Assembly (NCBI RefSeq): GCF_033153115.1
Contig: NW_026889797.1
Span: 2,666,001-2,730,000 of the forward strand
Direction: 5' to 3'
DNA length: 64,000 nucleotides
Source: Saccostrea echinata
Taxonomy: Eukaryota
A program made the translations under genes and the position numbers. Under the pieces are notes generated by a model. The model was not told the DNA's origin. It worked only from the letters and a program-made list of their open reading frames with translations, and ran no database searches. Below, one piece after another: positions 24,694-37,001 of this stretch. Positions within the stretch are counted from its first letter, which is position 1, and each line of letters starts with the position of its first letter.

Positions 24694-26994
24694 TTACATA
24701 CCGTATATAATGAGATCATCCTTCCCGAATTACGAAAGATTTTCTCGTTATAACGCTTTTATTTTCTTGATATGGTGAATTTATTTCGGCTTTTTCAAAG
24801 TTAAATTAGATTCCCTTGATTTTTTTTTTCCTGTATATTTATTGTTATTTACCTTTTATATATTTTTTTTTATTAATTTCATTTTATTCTTTTTTATTTA
24901 TTTTCTTTCTTCCCTTCTTTCTTTTTTTATTTATTGTTTGCTGGTATAAATTAATAAAACATTTGTCTTGACTGCTTACCTTACCCTTTATTTATATCTG
25001 TTTAGGATAAAGAAAACATTGTTTACGGAGAAATTCAGGAATTATATTTCCTGTCACATGATACATTGTTTACTCTTATTCTAAGATAAATAGACAAGCC
25101 AAGCATGAAATTTCCAATTTACTTTCGACATTGTTTCCTTCAACTTTACCTTAAATGAGTGGAGATAACCCGCCTCAGAATCCTCCACAAGCTCCAAGAA
25201 TTCGACCACAGCAGCCGAACCATCCACATCCACCAACGAACAGTATTCAAGCACAAAAGTATATTTAACAATACAAATTTTGGAGCAGGGCAAATACGGA
25301 CCTTTAAGACATTAGAGGTGGGATCAGGTGTATATATTATAAATTTCCTCTATTTCAAAAGACTTTTGATTTTACTTCTATCACCTTTTTCTAAAAGTTG
25401 ATTTGACTAAATTATATCAAACTTTGTTCAAAGAAATGAAATGAGATATTGGTCTCAAGTATATTGAAAATAGATTGACGAAAATAATGATTGTATATTC
25501 TCGAAAACAGGGAGTCATTTATATGTACTAGTAAAAACGAGGAATGTCCCCAAATTCCGGAGACGTAGTTTTGAATGATTGCAGAGTCAAATATAAAGGA
25601 AATTTTATACATAGGTATAACCATAAATAATCAATGAATTTATGGACAAAACATTAAATAATTACACAGGTTAATCTTACCAAAAGAAAAGTATTTCATG
25701 GTCTTGTGTATGAAGAAGGCGGAGTATCCAGTATGTATCTAAATCATACAGAAAAGTATTTACCTCTCAGGGGCGTGGTCATAGAAATGAAAAATAAACA
25801 ACTTAGTTTTTAGTATTTCTTTTTACTATCTTTCCCCAAATATAAGTAAACACTGGATGAAACTTTGCCGTTTAGTCGACTAAATGTTCATTGAAATGTC
25901 AAAAAATGTGACTGAATGGCAGAGCTCTGCCATTATGTGACCCTCCGGTAATCTTTCAAACACCTTACAGTTAACTGAATAGCAGACTTTCATCCTGTGG
26001 AATAAGCTTTAATCAAAAATACTTTATCACATTTTACTTGTTAGAAAAATACGTAATTGCGACTGCATTAACACGTGCACAGGCGGTGCACGGGAATGTG
26101 AAAAAAAATGCTCTACGGCGCTTTTCACAAAAAATGAATATCACGACTAGGATAAAAATTTGGCAACCCTGTATATATTTGTTTGATAATGATTTTTTTA
26201 ACAAGATATTAGCTATGTAATCCGATGTAATAGAGATATATGATTCTTTGTGACATACTATCGCAATAATGATTAGAAGACTAGGGAAAAAATCGCCTAG
26301 TCGTAAAAATTTTACGCAAAGGACGATTTACCATGATTTAACTTTATTTCATCTTGATTCTGTACATGTTTGGTATACTTGGAAGTATTCTCTGATTCTT
26401 ATTAGATAGAAATGACAAAAGCAATTTTAAGTATGTGAAGAAAGACACCTTAAAGGGATAACGGCTAAGGAATCGGGCATGAGTGATACTATGCAGCAAC
26501 ATTAGAGAAGACAGACAAAGAAGCTATAGAAGCAGTGTTTTGTTTTTTTTTTCCAAAGTATTTTCGTTCGATACATGTACATGTGCTTGCTTTGTTTGTG
26601 TGTCTTATAAATCAGTATATAATGAATTAGCGTTTTCACATTTATAATTATAATCTTTATGGGTAATTTAAAAAAGAAGATTCTGGCAATTAGTGTATTT
26701 ATAAAACAATTCCGAACAGGTGACTTTTATATTTTTGGACATTGGAGAATGTCCCAGTTGTTAGGAAATGATAACGCTGCACTTCTTATTATTCAAATCA
26801 TTTTCATGTTATCATGAAGACTTCATAATTTTTTGGGCAAACAACACACTGTGTGTATCTAGGAAATTTATTAAATATATACTAATTTCTGTAAAAGATA
26901 TAAACTCAGACTATTATATATAAACAAGAACTCTACTACCTTGAAACGATTTTTTCAGCCAGACACACTAATTTAATATATTTTACTTTTTTTA

Positions 26995-27037
<43 letters not shown>

Positions 27038-27534
27038 AAGCAAACAAAAAAACAAAAACAAAAACAAACAAACAAACAATAACCCCACATTTTAGTCTTA
27101 TGGTATATTTAAAATCATTTGAGGTCTTTTAAATGCTTTGACATCAAATTTCTTTACAACAAGAATATACACATATGCATCCTTCCTCCATTTTAACGTA
27201 CACACATTCATCTACAAACACGATGCTTATTTTTATGGTGTTCCAGGAAGATATAAAACGAGAACATATTTGTAAAGATAGGATTAATGCTGTTCTAGGA
27301 TGCTCAAACTATTTCAAAATCGAGAAATAAGAGATTCTGTAATTACTGAGCAATTATGTTATAAATGTTGAATCAAAATATTATACCAATTCAAGACATA
27401 TCCATTTCATAGAGTATATGGATTTAGCAGCTTATTTTAGATAAAATGATTCCTCCCATATTTATTAAAATTTAAAGGATAAAATAATCGAAAAAAAAAA
27501 AAAAGAGAATGAATTTATGACACATTTTTTTAAA

Positions 27535-28176
27535 GCTCCAGATGCATACATCAGACTTAGTAAATGTATCTACAGACACTGAATAACGTATCCCTGTTCT
27601 TACAGAGAGAAAGAATGACACTAGTTGTCCAGATTTGGTTTCATACTTCAAACAAATTTCTTTAACATACACAAGTAGTTTATAGTAGAGTTGTATAAAG
27701 ATTCCCGTCTCTGTGTTATTTACTTGAGCGATGTAAGGAATGACAGAATTAATGTATTTTATTGCTACCATAAACAAACTTAATGTATATGTAGTTGCAT
27801 ATTTCCATTGGGAGTTCGTCGATTCCATCTTCATCCTTTCCTATTTGTACCACCAAGAGTCTCTCCTGAGGAAAATATACCTATATGTTTTTGTATGTTT
27901 ATTTCAGACATGTTCTGAAAAGTTTCGTCGCCACAGAATTTTCCCTTGAACAGAATTCATTTATTATCGGTGGAAAACAAACTTTGGGTAAAGAGTTGTC
28001 TGAAGCTTTGAATTCAGCTTTGAAAAATCAAATAACTGGTTTGTCAAAACAATCTGCAGTTAAATTGACTCTTGTGTTTATGTACGTGAGTAAACTATGG
28101 TTGCCAGAGGCTACAACTCTAAAACCGTTTGTATAAATATACTCAGGAGAAACTAATGAGTTATCTTTTATGATTA
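27535..28176 (-). pseudogene. Possible decayed coding segment, product unknown
   Basis: About 210 codons readable (MMHIIIKDNSLVSPEYIYTNGFRVVASG...KDEDGIDELPMEICNYIYIKF...YINSVIPYIAQVNN...) with 3 stops and 1 frameshift inside otherwise AT-rich DNA; no domain recognised. Confidence 0.35.
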
Positions 28177-29684
28177 TATGCATCATAATATAGACTAAAT
28201 ATTGGAAAAGTATATTTTATATATTTCTTCTAACAAATTTTACATATTTACAACTTTTAATGTGAAAGAAATTTCTTAAAGACGTGTCATTAAAGAATCA
28301 GGATCAGTACCTGGCGGACCCTCAAATACCTACCTAAAACAGTTATCTAGAACCAAACTTGAAGAAATGTTAGTGCAGAACTGTTTACGTCAAGTCGTGT
28401 TTAGTCCATGACCATCAAAATTCTTTTTTTTTTTTTTTTTTTTTATCAAATTCTTACACATATATTTTTTTTTTTACTGTTTTATTATATTAGTTTATTT
28501 ATCGGTTTCATTTATTAATTTGTTTATTAATTCATTATATTTTTTAATTTGATTTTCTGTTGATTATTTCCTTTAATTTTGTCACTGAATTTTCTTAATA
28601 TCTTATTTGTCTGTTTCCTTTGAACTTTCAAAAGGGTTTCTTAACCATATCCTCATTCTGTAATGCAAATCTATTCTTGACGAACACTATAATTCAAAAC
28701 TGAAAATATTAACAAAACAAAGAAAAGAAAGCATTGTTTTATCGTTTATGAAACGAAAGCTGATATAATAAGATAAATACGTAAAAAAAGAAACAAAAAC
28801 ACCTATTATAGATTAGGAAAAAAATAAATTCAAAATAATAAAATTTAAAAAAAAGGGGAGGGGGAGAAATGCCACATTTTCAACAAAAACATATAATTAG
28901 AAACAAACAACTGTTATAAAACACAAAGCAAAATAATAAAAATTAAAAGGAAATTGCATTTAAATTTAAAGATAGACCCTTCCTCCACAACCACACAAAC
29001 TGAACATTTAAAAAGGTGGTAAATATTAAAATTGTCTAAGACTAAACTAATATTTGACAAAATGGTGTTCTTGCTTAGTTTCCAATACGAGGTAAAGTAT
29101 TATTTTGTACGTCTTTCATACACATTATAATCTCGTAGATGAAAAGAAAAAAAAGCATATGCAATTTTTCAATGCGAGAAAATGTGTAATGAGAAGTATA
29201 GGCTAAACTTAAAAAAAAGGTTTACTTTACGTGATTATAGGATGTCTATAACCGTTTGAGTCGACCTTACCCTAAGTGGACATTAACTTCCATAAAAGCA
29301 CTTCATGTAAAATGATTTTTCAATTTACACAGCATGCAGTTTGGAAAAGTAGATCAGAAACAATGATTATCCATCAAATAGCATTATAGCAAGGTATATG
29401 CTCAAATACCTGTCTACTATCAGTTTTAATGATTATCAATCTCAGAGGCAAGAGGTTTATTTCGACTTTTCAGGCAGGATTTTGATGACAGGGAGCACAC
29501 GGCGGGAGTGGTTTCTCGACAGGGGATGCTTAGTACTCCAAGGCACCTGATCTCATCTTTGATATTTTTTTAAGGTCCAAGTTTACGTTGCTCCAAATTT
29601 GTATTGTATCCATGGAAGTTTGAGCTTGATTACTATTTGTTATCTTCGTATTTAAAACTTATTTTAAATGCTTAAAACATGCAA

Positions 29685-29970
29685 ACAATCCCGGCAAGGT
29701 CGAACTCAATATGGGACAAGATATCCTCTAAGAGTTGTTATGAGCTGGTATTAAACCAGATATGCCAACTACGTCACCAACGTGTAATAAAACGAAATAT
29801 TCCAAATAAAGCAATGTAAGAAGCTATAGAAATGTTAAGGAAACTGAAAACAGTGATATCGGAACGAAAAAGGGAATGTAAATTTTGTGCAGCAAAGATC
29901 CCTTTTAAGACCAGTGGAATGACCGTTGGTTTTTCTTTCTGATAAATATGTATTTCAAGTTGAATCTTGT
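29685..29970 (+). repeat. Dispersed repeat, second copy at ~32545-32930
   Basis: Shared GG.CGA.CTC.A..TGGGACA.GAT.TCC.CT.AGAG..GTT..GAGCTGGTATT and CA.GTGATATCGG blocks. Confidence 0.65.
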
Positions 29971-30388
29971 TGTTTTTTAAACTGAACCCGAAATGTACCC
30001 TCAAACCATAGAAACAAATAAGTACTGATTACAATTGTCTTAAACATTTTTAGATTAAAATTGTGCTTTAGAATTGATATCTATGAAATCTAAAGACAAT
30101 TTTAAGAGAACACTATCACGTTCATAAATACAGATACGAAGTGTAAATCTAAAATATATGTTTGGTTAATTTTTTTTTTTTTTTAAATCCAGCTAATGAA
30201 AACAAAAGGTGTTTGTACTGTAGCTGGTAAAAAATTAAGTAGGTAGTGATATGTATAGACGATATTTTAGTACATGAAATTCAACTAAAGAGGTTGGGAA
30301 AAGGAAGGGAATTCTTGAGTATATTTACGTCGATTTCTGCATATACATTAGATACCAATATAATTAAAATAAGAGGAGTTTTTTGTTC

Positions 30389-30436
<48 letters not shown>

Positions 30437-30841
30437 TGGATATTTTATCATTTACATTTAAGCATACATTCCTGATGGCAACATTTTACTATTTTCAAAA
30501 GTGTAATTTAAATCATTCAAAGAGCTGTAGTATATGTAAACAGAAAAACTATGAAGAACAGGACAGATTTGATTTTGTTCAAACTAAAGACGAGCATTTT
30601 TCACTCATAAAGAGAAATCACCGTATACCAGTGAAGGGATGACGGGTCATTTTTCTCTAAAACCATTACTCTACTGGGCTTTTTCTTTCCAGTACCTTTT
30701 TCGGTGAGTCATATTACGGCAGGTCATTTCACTCTCCTACCTATGTCATTTCATTCAATGTCTGTATGCGATCTTAAACTCGCATATTTCCAATTATTTT
30801 TTTTTAACACTTATGAAAATTGAACGTGAGAAAGTCTGCTG

Positions 30842-31022
30842 NNNNNNNNNNNNNNNNNNNNNNNNNNNNNNNNNNNNNNNNNNNNNNNNNNNNNNNNNNN
30901 NNNNNNNNNNNNNNNNNNNNNNNNNNNNNNNNNNNNNNNNNNNNNNNNNNNNNNNNNNNNNNNNNNNNNNNNNNNNNNNNNNNNNNNNNNNNNNNNNNNN
31001 NNNNNNNNNNNNNNNNNNNNNN
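30842..31022. other. Assembly gap (181 N)
   Basis: N run. Confidence 1.
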
Positions 31023-31310
31023 AAAAAAAATACATATCGTTTACCAACCCTTCCCATGTGGCTGTCATCACCGGTAATAAGAAATTATTTTAAATCCAGG
31101 GTTAATAAATTTAATGAAAATATTCATTTTAACCATGATGAAATTTTATGTTCAAGCAGCACTGAGATTCATAAGTCATTATCATTAAATTTTCTATAAA
31201 ATAAATCAAGTTTTGTGCCAGATAAAAAAAAAGTGAGAAATATGTGGAACAAATATAGAGTAGTTGCAATTTTTTGGACATTCATACAATATCTTACGAC
31301 AGAATTATAT

Positions 31311-31592
31311 GTCGCCTGCGTCGAACAGCGCTTAGAGCTAAAGTCGCGGTGTAAGGAGTTGATCCTTACGGGTTCGAATCCCGCTGTTGGACGTTAAGAC
31401 CGGTCCTTCGGATGAAATTGTATAAACCGAGGTCCCGTGTTGCAGTAGGTGCTGGCACGAAATAGATTCCTCACTGCTCAAAAATGGCCCTGAGTGCCGA
31501 GTATAGGTCAAAATTCGCAGCTCTCCACCGGCAAGTGGTGACGTCTCCATATGAGTGAAAATTTTGGAGAGAGACGTTAAACAACAAACAAA
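31311..31592 (+). mobile_element. tRNA-derived SINE, short form
   Basis: GGGTTCGAATCCCG, GGTCCTTCGGATGA..AAACCGAGGTCCCGTG, (ACAA)n tail. Confidence 0.85.
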
Positions 31593-33237
31593 CAGACCAG
31601 AAAAAAAAACATGATTATAAAAACAGAAAAAAAAAAAACTCCCGTGAATATAAATATGATTGTTCGGAAAAGGTATCCATGTATAAAAAAAATTGGAAAT
31701 GGATTTTGTTTTTGTTTGTTTGTGTTAAGTTATCATGCACAATAATAACATTTTTGCAATAGAAAAAGAAGACAATTGAAATACAAAAACAAAATTTAAG
31801 AAAAGTTTGTACCTTAATATCATGGGTGGACAGAATAAAAGGGTATCCCCCTTTTATTTTACTCAACAAATAAAAATACAAGGGTGATTCTATAGAAGAA
31901 CGGTGTGTTAAAGTAACAATAACACAAATCAAAGAAATAGCATTTAAAATTAACATCTTGGTTGAGGGTCACGATCCTCCTTCTACCCAGCCGAAATTGT
32001 ACATCTCCAAAGGAGGTGAATTTTGATATCGGAAGGACTTTACATCTATTTAAAGATGGATATTTGTAAATTCTTCAGTTTGCACTATAGTTTTATTCCA
32101 TACCCCTAGTTGCAAACCAGTCTTCATTTTCATATTTTCGCAACATACAATATAACAATTAAGCAACACTAAAAAAAGAGAACTTAATCCAATACTTGAT
32201 TGATCTATGCCTATCTCTTGCCAAAAGCCACATGAAATTATACACGACAACGATTCTAAAATCGCCATTAACGATGATTCCACTGGAAGTGACAATTACC
32301 TTTTCAATAAAGTATCTCATGTAATGGGGTCATTCAATTTGAGTCGCACTCAATTTGGTACAGTAGATTCGGAAACACTTAATGATTATCTGATGACGTA
32401 TGTCCATAGAGAGGTGTATACATTAATAATAAAATTCTTCACTTGCTATCTGTTCAGTATTAACTGAAGGAAAGATCGGACCTCTGATCAACACCTTTCA
32501 TGCAGAGGTTTTACTGATAAAAATGGCTGATAACCTACAGATATACCCAGCCAGGTTCGAGCTCTACGTGGGACATGATGTCCGCTGAGAGCGGTTTAGA
32601 GCTGGTATTTATACAGGACTACTAACTGCACAGTAAAATTGTAGTAACGCAAAAAATGGTGGAAGTGTCAAAGGAAACTAAGCACGGTGATATCGGGATG
32701 GAAATTAAACGGAAATGTATTTGTTTGCAACAAGGAACCATGTTAAAGGCAGGTGACTCATTTATGGATTTTTTTTTCCGGATATTCACGTTTGTTATTT
32801 ATCATGTAGCGTGTTTTCCGACTTTGCCCAGAAACGCTAGATTTTCCCTAAAACAAAATAATGAATTTAACTTCCATGATATTCTCTGATCATTCCTGGA
32901 CTTTATGTGTTTATATTTCAAGTGTTCAAGTGTTCCATGGTAAAATGCAGTTATTACAAGGCAGCTGTGATAAATTTATGTTAAGGCTATTGAATTGCAA
33001 GCTCAGTTTAGATTAGTTTTTTTTTTTTTTTTTTTTATCTAAGTTCGGCCAATTTATATAGAGATTCTCTCGTCTTCATATCAATTCATTTCTTGAATAT
33101 GTTGATCACCTGAGACAAATCTTATAAACGGCATACCGTTAAATACATGTTTTTAATTTAACAATCTCCAAATTCTAGGATATAAATAGAACACAACCAA
33201 GATGTATAAAGTGGAATTCGTTGACATATACATGTAT

Positions 33238-34010
33238 ACTAGTTGAAATCCCGCGCAAGCGCGGGGAATTGAATTTATACCACTACCGACAGAAAATATA
33301 TTGTAGTTTCTACTGACAGCCAGCCTACAGGGTTATAGCAGGAAGAAATACTTTATTCAAAATCCCGCATGTGTGTCTCCACCCCCTCTCACCCAACCCC
33401 TTTTGTAAAAAATTGAAAAAATAACGATTTCATTAATTGATGTTTATTAGTGAAACCTGTTATACTACGTTATGGATATGTTGTATGCTCTTATTTCATT
33501 TCCGTCAAGGATAAATTAAAAGCAGCGAATATGCACATTTTACTGATAAATTAATTTTTTCGGGGGGGGGGGGGGGGGGGGGGTAAAAATTCACAGGTAC
33601 TCGTGTCTTGGTTTATAAATATGTATGTACCTTATTGATATGTAAAAAATGTACTTAACCTTTTTTACATATCAATAAGGTTCATATATATATATATATA
33701 TATATATATCAGTAAGCAAAGACGCAAGTATCTGTGTAAAAATTAGCTTTTAACGCCCTATGAATAAGCCGAGTATTTGATACAAAAGACTGTATAAAAA
33801 AAAAAAATAAAAAAATAAACTGAAATGTATTGATTAAAGCACAACATTTTACAGCTTTAATTGTATTTGAACAATATCTTATTCATTAATTTATAAGTAT
33901 AGATGTATAAAAGTTTCATATCTTTTTGACATTTCAAGAGATCAAAATCATCAAATTCAGATTTCTTTCAGTTAGACTTATGATGTTGTTAATTACCAAT
34001 TATCAAAATA

Positions 34011-34094
<84 letters not shown>

Positions 34095-34465
34095 ATAAAT
34101 ATAAATACGGTTAAGTCTTGGTGAGAAATTTGGCAAAATGTGGAACCTAAATACGCGCAAAATCCAAAATGTATGACTGGTTTTCTTACTTTTTCATTGA
34201 AAATAACAATCTTAATTATGTTTTTATTAAGGTTTCCAAAACAGTATGCCCGAACCAATATACTAGGTCGGGTTGTGCCTATAAAACATCATTTTAATAT
34301 TTTTCTCAGCTGTGAGGCACCTTTCATTTTCTTAATTTAAAAATCTCCTTTCATACATTTTTTTGAAGTGTTAAATTAGTTGTACTGGGGAAACGGAACA
34401 AACATAAAACATACAATAAAAACGGATATTAAGATTCATCTTATCCACTCTAATATATAAATGAA
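33238..34465 (+). mobile_element. Possible non-autonomous Helitron/Helentron
   Basis: ACTAG followed by CCCGCGC-AA-GCGCGGG hairpin at 33238-33266; far end approximate. Confidence 0.4.
34017..34091. repeat. (TA)n microsatellite
   Basis: ~37 TA units. Confidence 0.98.
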
Positions 34466-35169
34466 TATCAATGAGTATAACGATGCGATTTTTTTTTACT
34501 TTGTCACAATGTTCATGGTTCATTATTAATGTAGCAATAAAACATAATGACCTGCATACGAGGTTTTTATATATCAGTTGAATTATGTCCTATATACGAG
34601 CACTTGTAGTATATCAACATCAGGTTGATTCATGATAGGTTTTCTACATGTTAAGGCACTCGGAAGTGCCTTTTGTAAGCAAAAATTACATGAATTAGCC
34701 CGAAGTCAGGAAGATTTATTAGTGGATTTATTTCAAACTGAAATCTATTTACAGTGACTCTAATCACTCGATTCAATGCGTTTTGTTGAAGAGATGGTAA
34801 AATGTTGGATTGTTTACTTTCTGCATAGCAACGGCAAGAGAAATAACTGCTCGTCCTTAGATGCGTGATTCTTGGGACCACCATACTTGATACTCTTCCA
34901 ATTTTTAAAATGAGAAAAGTTACTGAAAAATAAGTTGCTGGTACAGAAATATGAACGGTTTCTTTAAGGAGAATATTTCGCAAATTCTATAATGGATACA
35001 CTGACCTTGTTTGCAATTACAATCTATTATTAAGTCGAATGTTGACTACCGTCTTACCTACTGGTTGTTTGGTCGACTCTTTCTCACATAATTTTCTTCA
35101 GAATGTTTCCATTTACCCAATCTCGATAAGGGACACACAGAAGGTGTGCCCGTTCGACATAGGGTGGTA

Positions 35170-35249
35170 ACTTTCCCTGGTTCAACCTTTGTTTATCGAG
35201 ACCCAATTCACTTTCCCTGGTTCAACCTTTGTTTTTAGAGACTCAATTC
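35170..35249 (+). repeat. 40-bp tandem duplication
   Basis: ACTTTCCCTGGTTCAACCTTTGTTT.T.GAGAC.CAATTC x2. Confidence 0.9.
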
Positions 35250-35574
35250 ACTCTGCTTACAATGCACCTCTCGGATAAAAAGAGAAGCAGCATCTTATAA
35301 CACTGCACATTAGAAAACAGCTGTTAATTTGATATTGAATGCTAAATTGGATCAGAATAGGGGAATTTTAATCATAGACACTGATGACTAAGTGGAAACA
35401 CTTCAAATGCAACATGTACTGTCAATGCATTTGCAGTTGCAGAGTAACAAAATTCCTTACATCATGGATAAGCTTGTCAGGCTTTTATTTATCACTGGAG
35501 TAAGTTAAAAATCTATATTTAACACATCTTTAAGAAATCTTATGTAAACTCAAGTAAAATATAAACTTTGCAAA

Positions 35575-35857
35575 TATAGCGTTTCTCTCTACTATATGCT
35601 ACTTATTACCTAAGCACGGTGACGGCGGAATAGAGACAACACTATGATAAAATACGCGATTTATTAGTGCCCGCTATATACTATATAATAACTACAAATA
35701 CAACAATGACGGAGCCGACAGAGACACATCTGCACTCTGCAGCAGACAACAGAAAAAGAGAGCGAGGATAGGTACACGTCACGGCAGGTGCGTGTCGTGT
35801 ACCACGTGGTTGGAAGTAGCAGGGCAATTCGTGCCCAGTACCTACAAGACCACCACA
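35575..35857 (-). repeat. 3' LTR (283 bp, TG..TA)
   Basis: Preceded on the minus strand by PPT AAAATGGGGAGGAG (35858-35871). Confidence 0.97.
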
Positions 35858-36450
35858 CTCCTCCCCATTTTGAAAAACGGCGTCCCAGCCCGTTACAATG
35901 GAACAAATTATAATGTACATAATAAAATATAATTAAATCGTAGCAGGGCCTAACACATTAAAACAATTATACATAATCAATTACACATTAATGTCCATAA
36001 TAACACTATAATATTAATAAAAATTAACAGTTAATATCACAGTTCACAGGATACATCACGTCAGTCTGGTCCTGGGCATCCCTCTTCCGAGTCCGCTCGG
36101 GTCCACCACTGGGTCCATCGTTGTCTCCCTCATCAGGTGGTCCTCCGGTGACATCTTCGGTCGGCACTTCCGGATCCGGATATCCGAGCCCAGGACAGAC
36201 ATGATATCTAACGTGATATCACGTTCGCGACTCCGTCGCGAACGACCTATCCTGGAACTGGCTCCAATACATCGTCCCTGGAACATCGGGGTAAATAAAT
36301 CGTCAGGAACATCACAAGTGGATCGATCATAAGATCAGGGCAATATCCCTTTATAATTAAAAAGATCTGCTTCCCTAGCAGTAAGAACAAACATATATAC
36401 AATCACGCTAGCAAACAGCTACACATGCTTCCGCACCCTTGCGGAATCCT

Positions 36451-37001
36451 AACCTAGGGATTGCTAACACTGACGGGACTGCATTCGGGGCAAGTATACT
36501 GAGGTACTGATTTAGCATAATCCTCACTTATACCCACACACCTGGGATGAAACTAGTCCCGGCAACTGTCGCACTGAACCATCAAACCTTTAGGGTTGGA
36601 TTGTAAGCATAAACAATACTGTCGGGTCTTAGCCCCCTTAGTGGCTCTAGGTCGTTTGGGCGATTTGGGTTTTTCTGACCTTTCCCTTACCCGTTTCCGG
36701 GTACTCAGATATGGACCTACTGTTTCTGATGGTTTAGGGCTGACTTTTGACTTAACCCTACTCCCCGGGTCCCCAGGACTTGACCCTGAGTCCGCGGTCA
36801 CCAGCGGTCTAACCACATCGCGCACAAGGGAACTATCCCCATCTCGGCTTACTGACTGTCCTGGCAACTTACTCTGATAAGTAACTAACCACTTGGGAAG
36901 TTGCCTGGCCTCACACCTCTTAAGCTTGTCAAGGTGCATGACTTTAACATCGCAACGAGATTTGACGACAAATATTGTATCAGATTTGGCTTCAATAATT
37001 A
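36451..37001 (-). pseudogene. Frameshifted integrase C-terminal extension ending in a PHD finger
   Basis: Removing one G from GGGGG at ~37002-37006 gives WKGPGVIIEAKSDTIFVVK..MHLDKLK..YCLCLQSNPKGLMVQCDSCRD*FHPRCVGISEDYAKSVPQYTCPEC (C4HC3; TAG at 36553 replaces Trp). Confidence 0.88.

Noticed and set aside
1768-31592. tRNA genes
   Set aside because: The tRNA-like heads continue into SINE bodies and lack complete cloverleaf pairing
24411-34258. ORFs spanning N gaps or (TA)n
   Set aside because: Artifacts of gaps and microsatellite
35376-35425. Minimal hammerhead ribozyme (CTGATGA..GAAAC)
   Set aside because: Core motifs are present, but stem I is out of register by one nucleotide and stem III is weak
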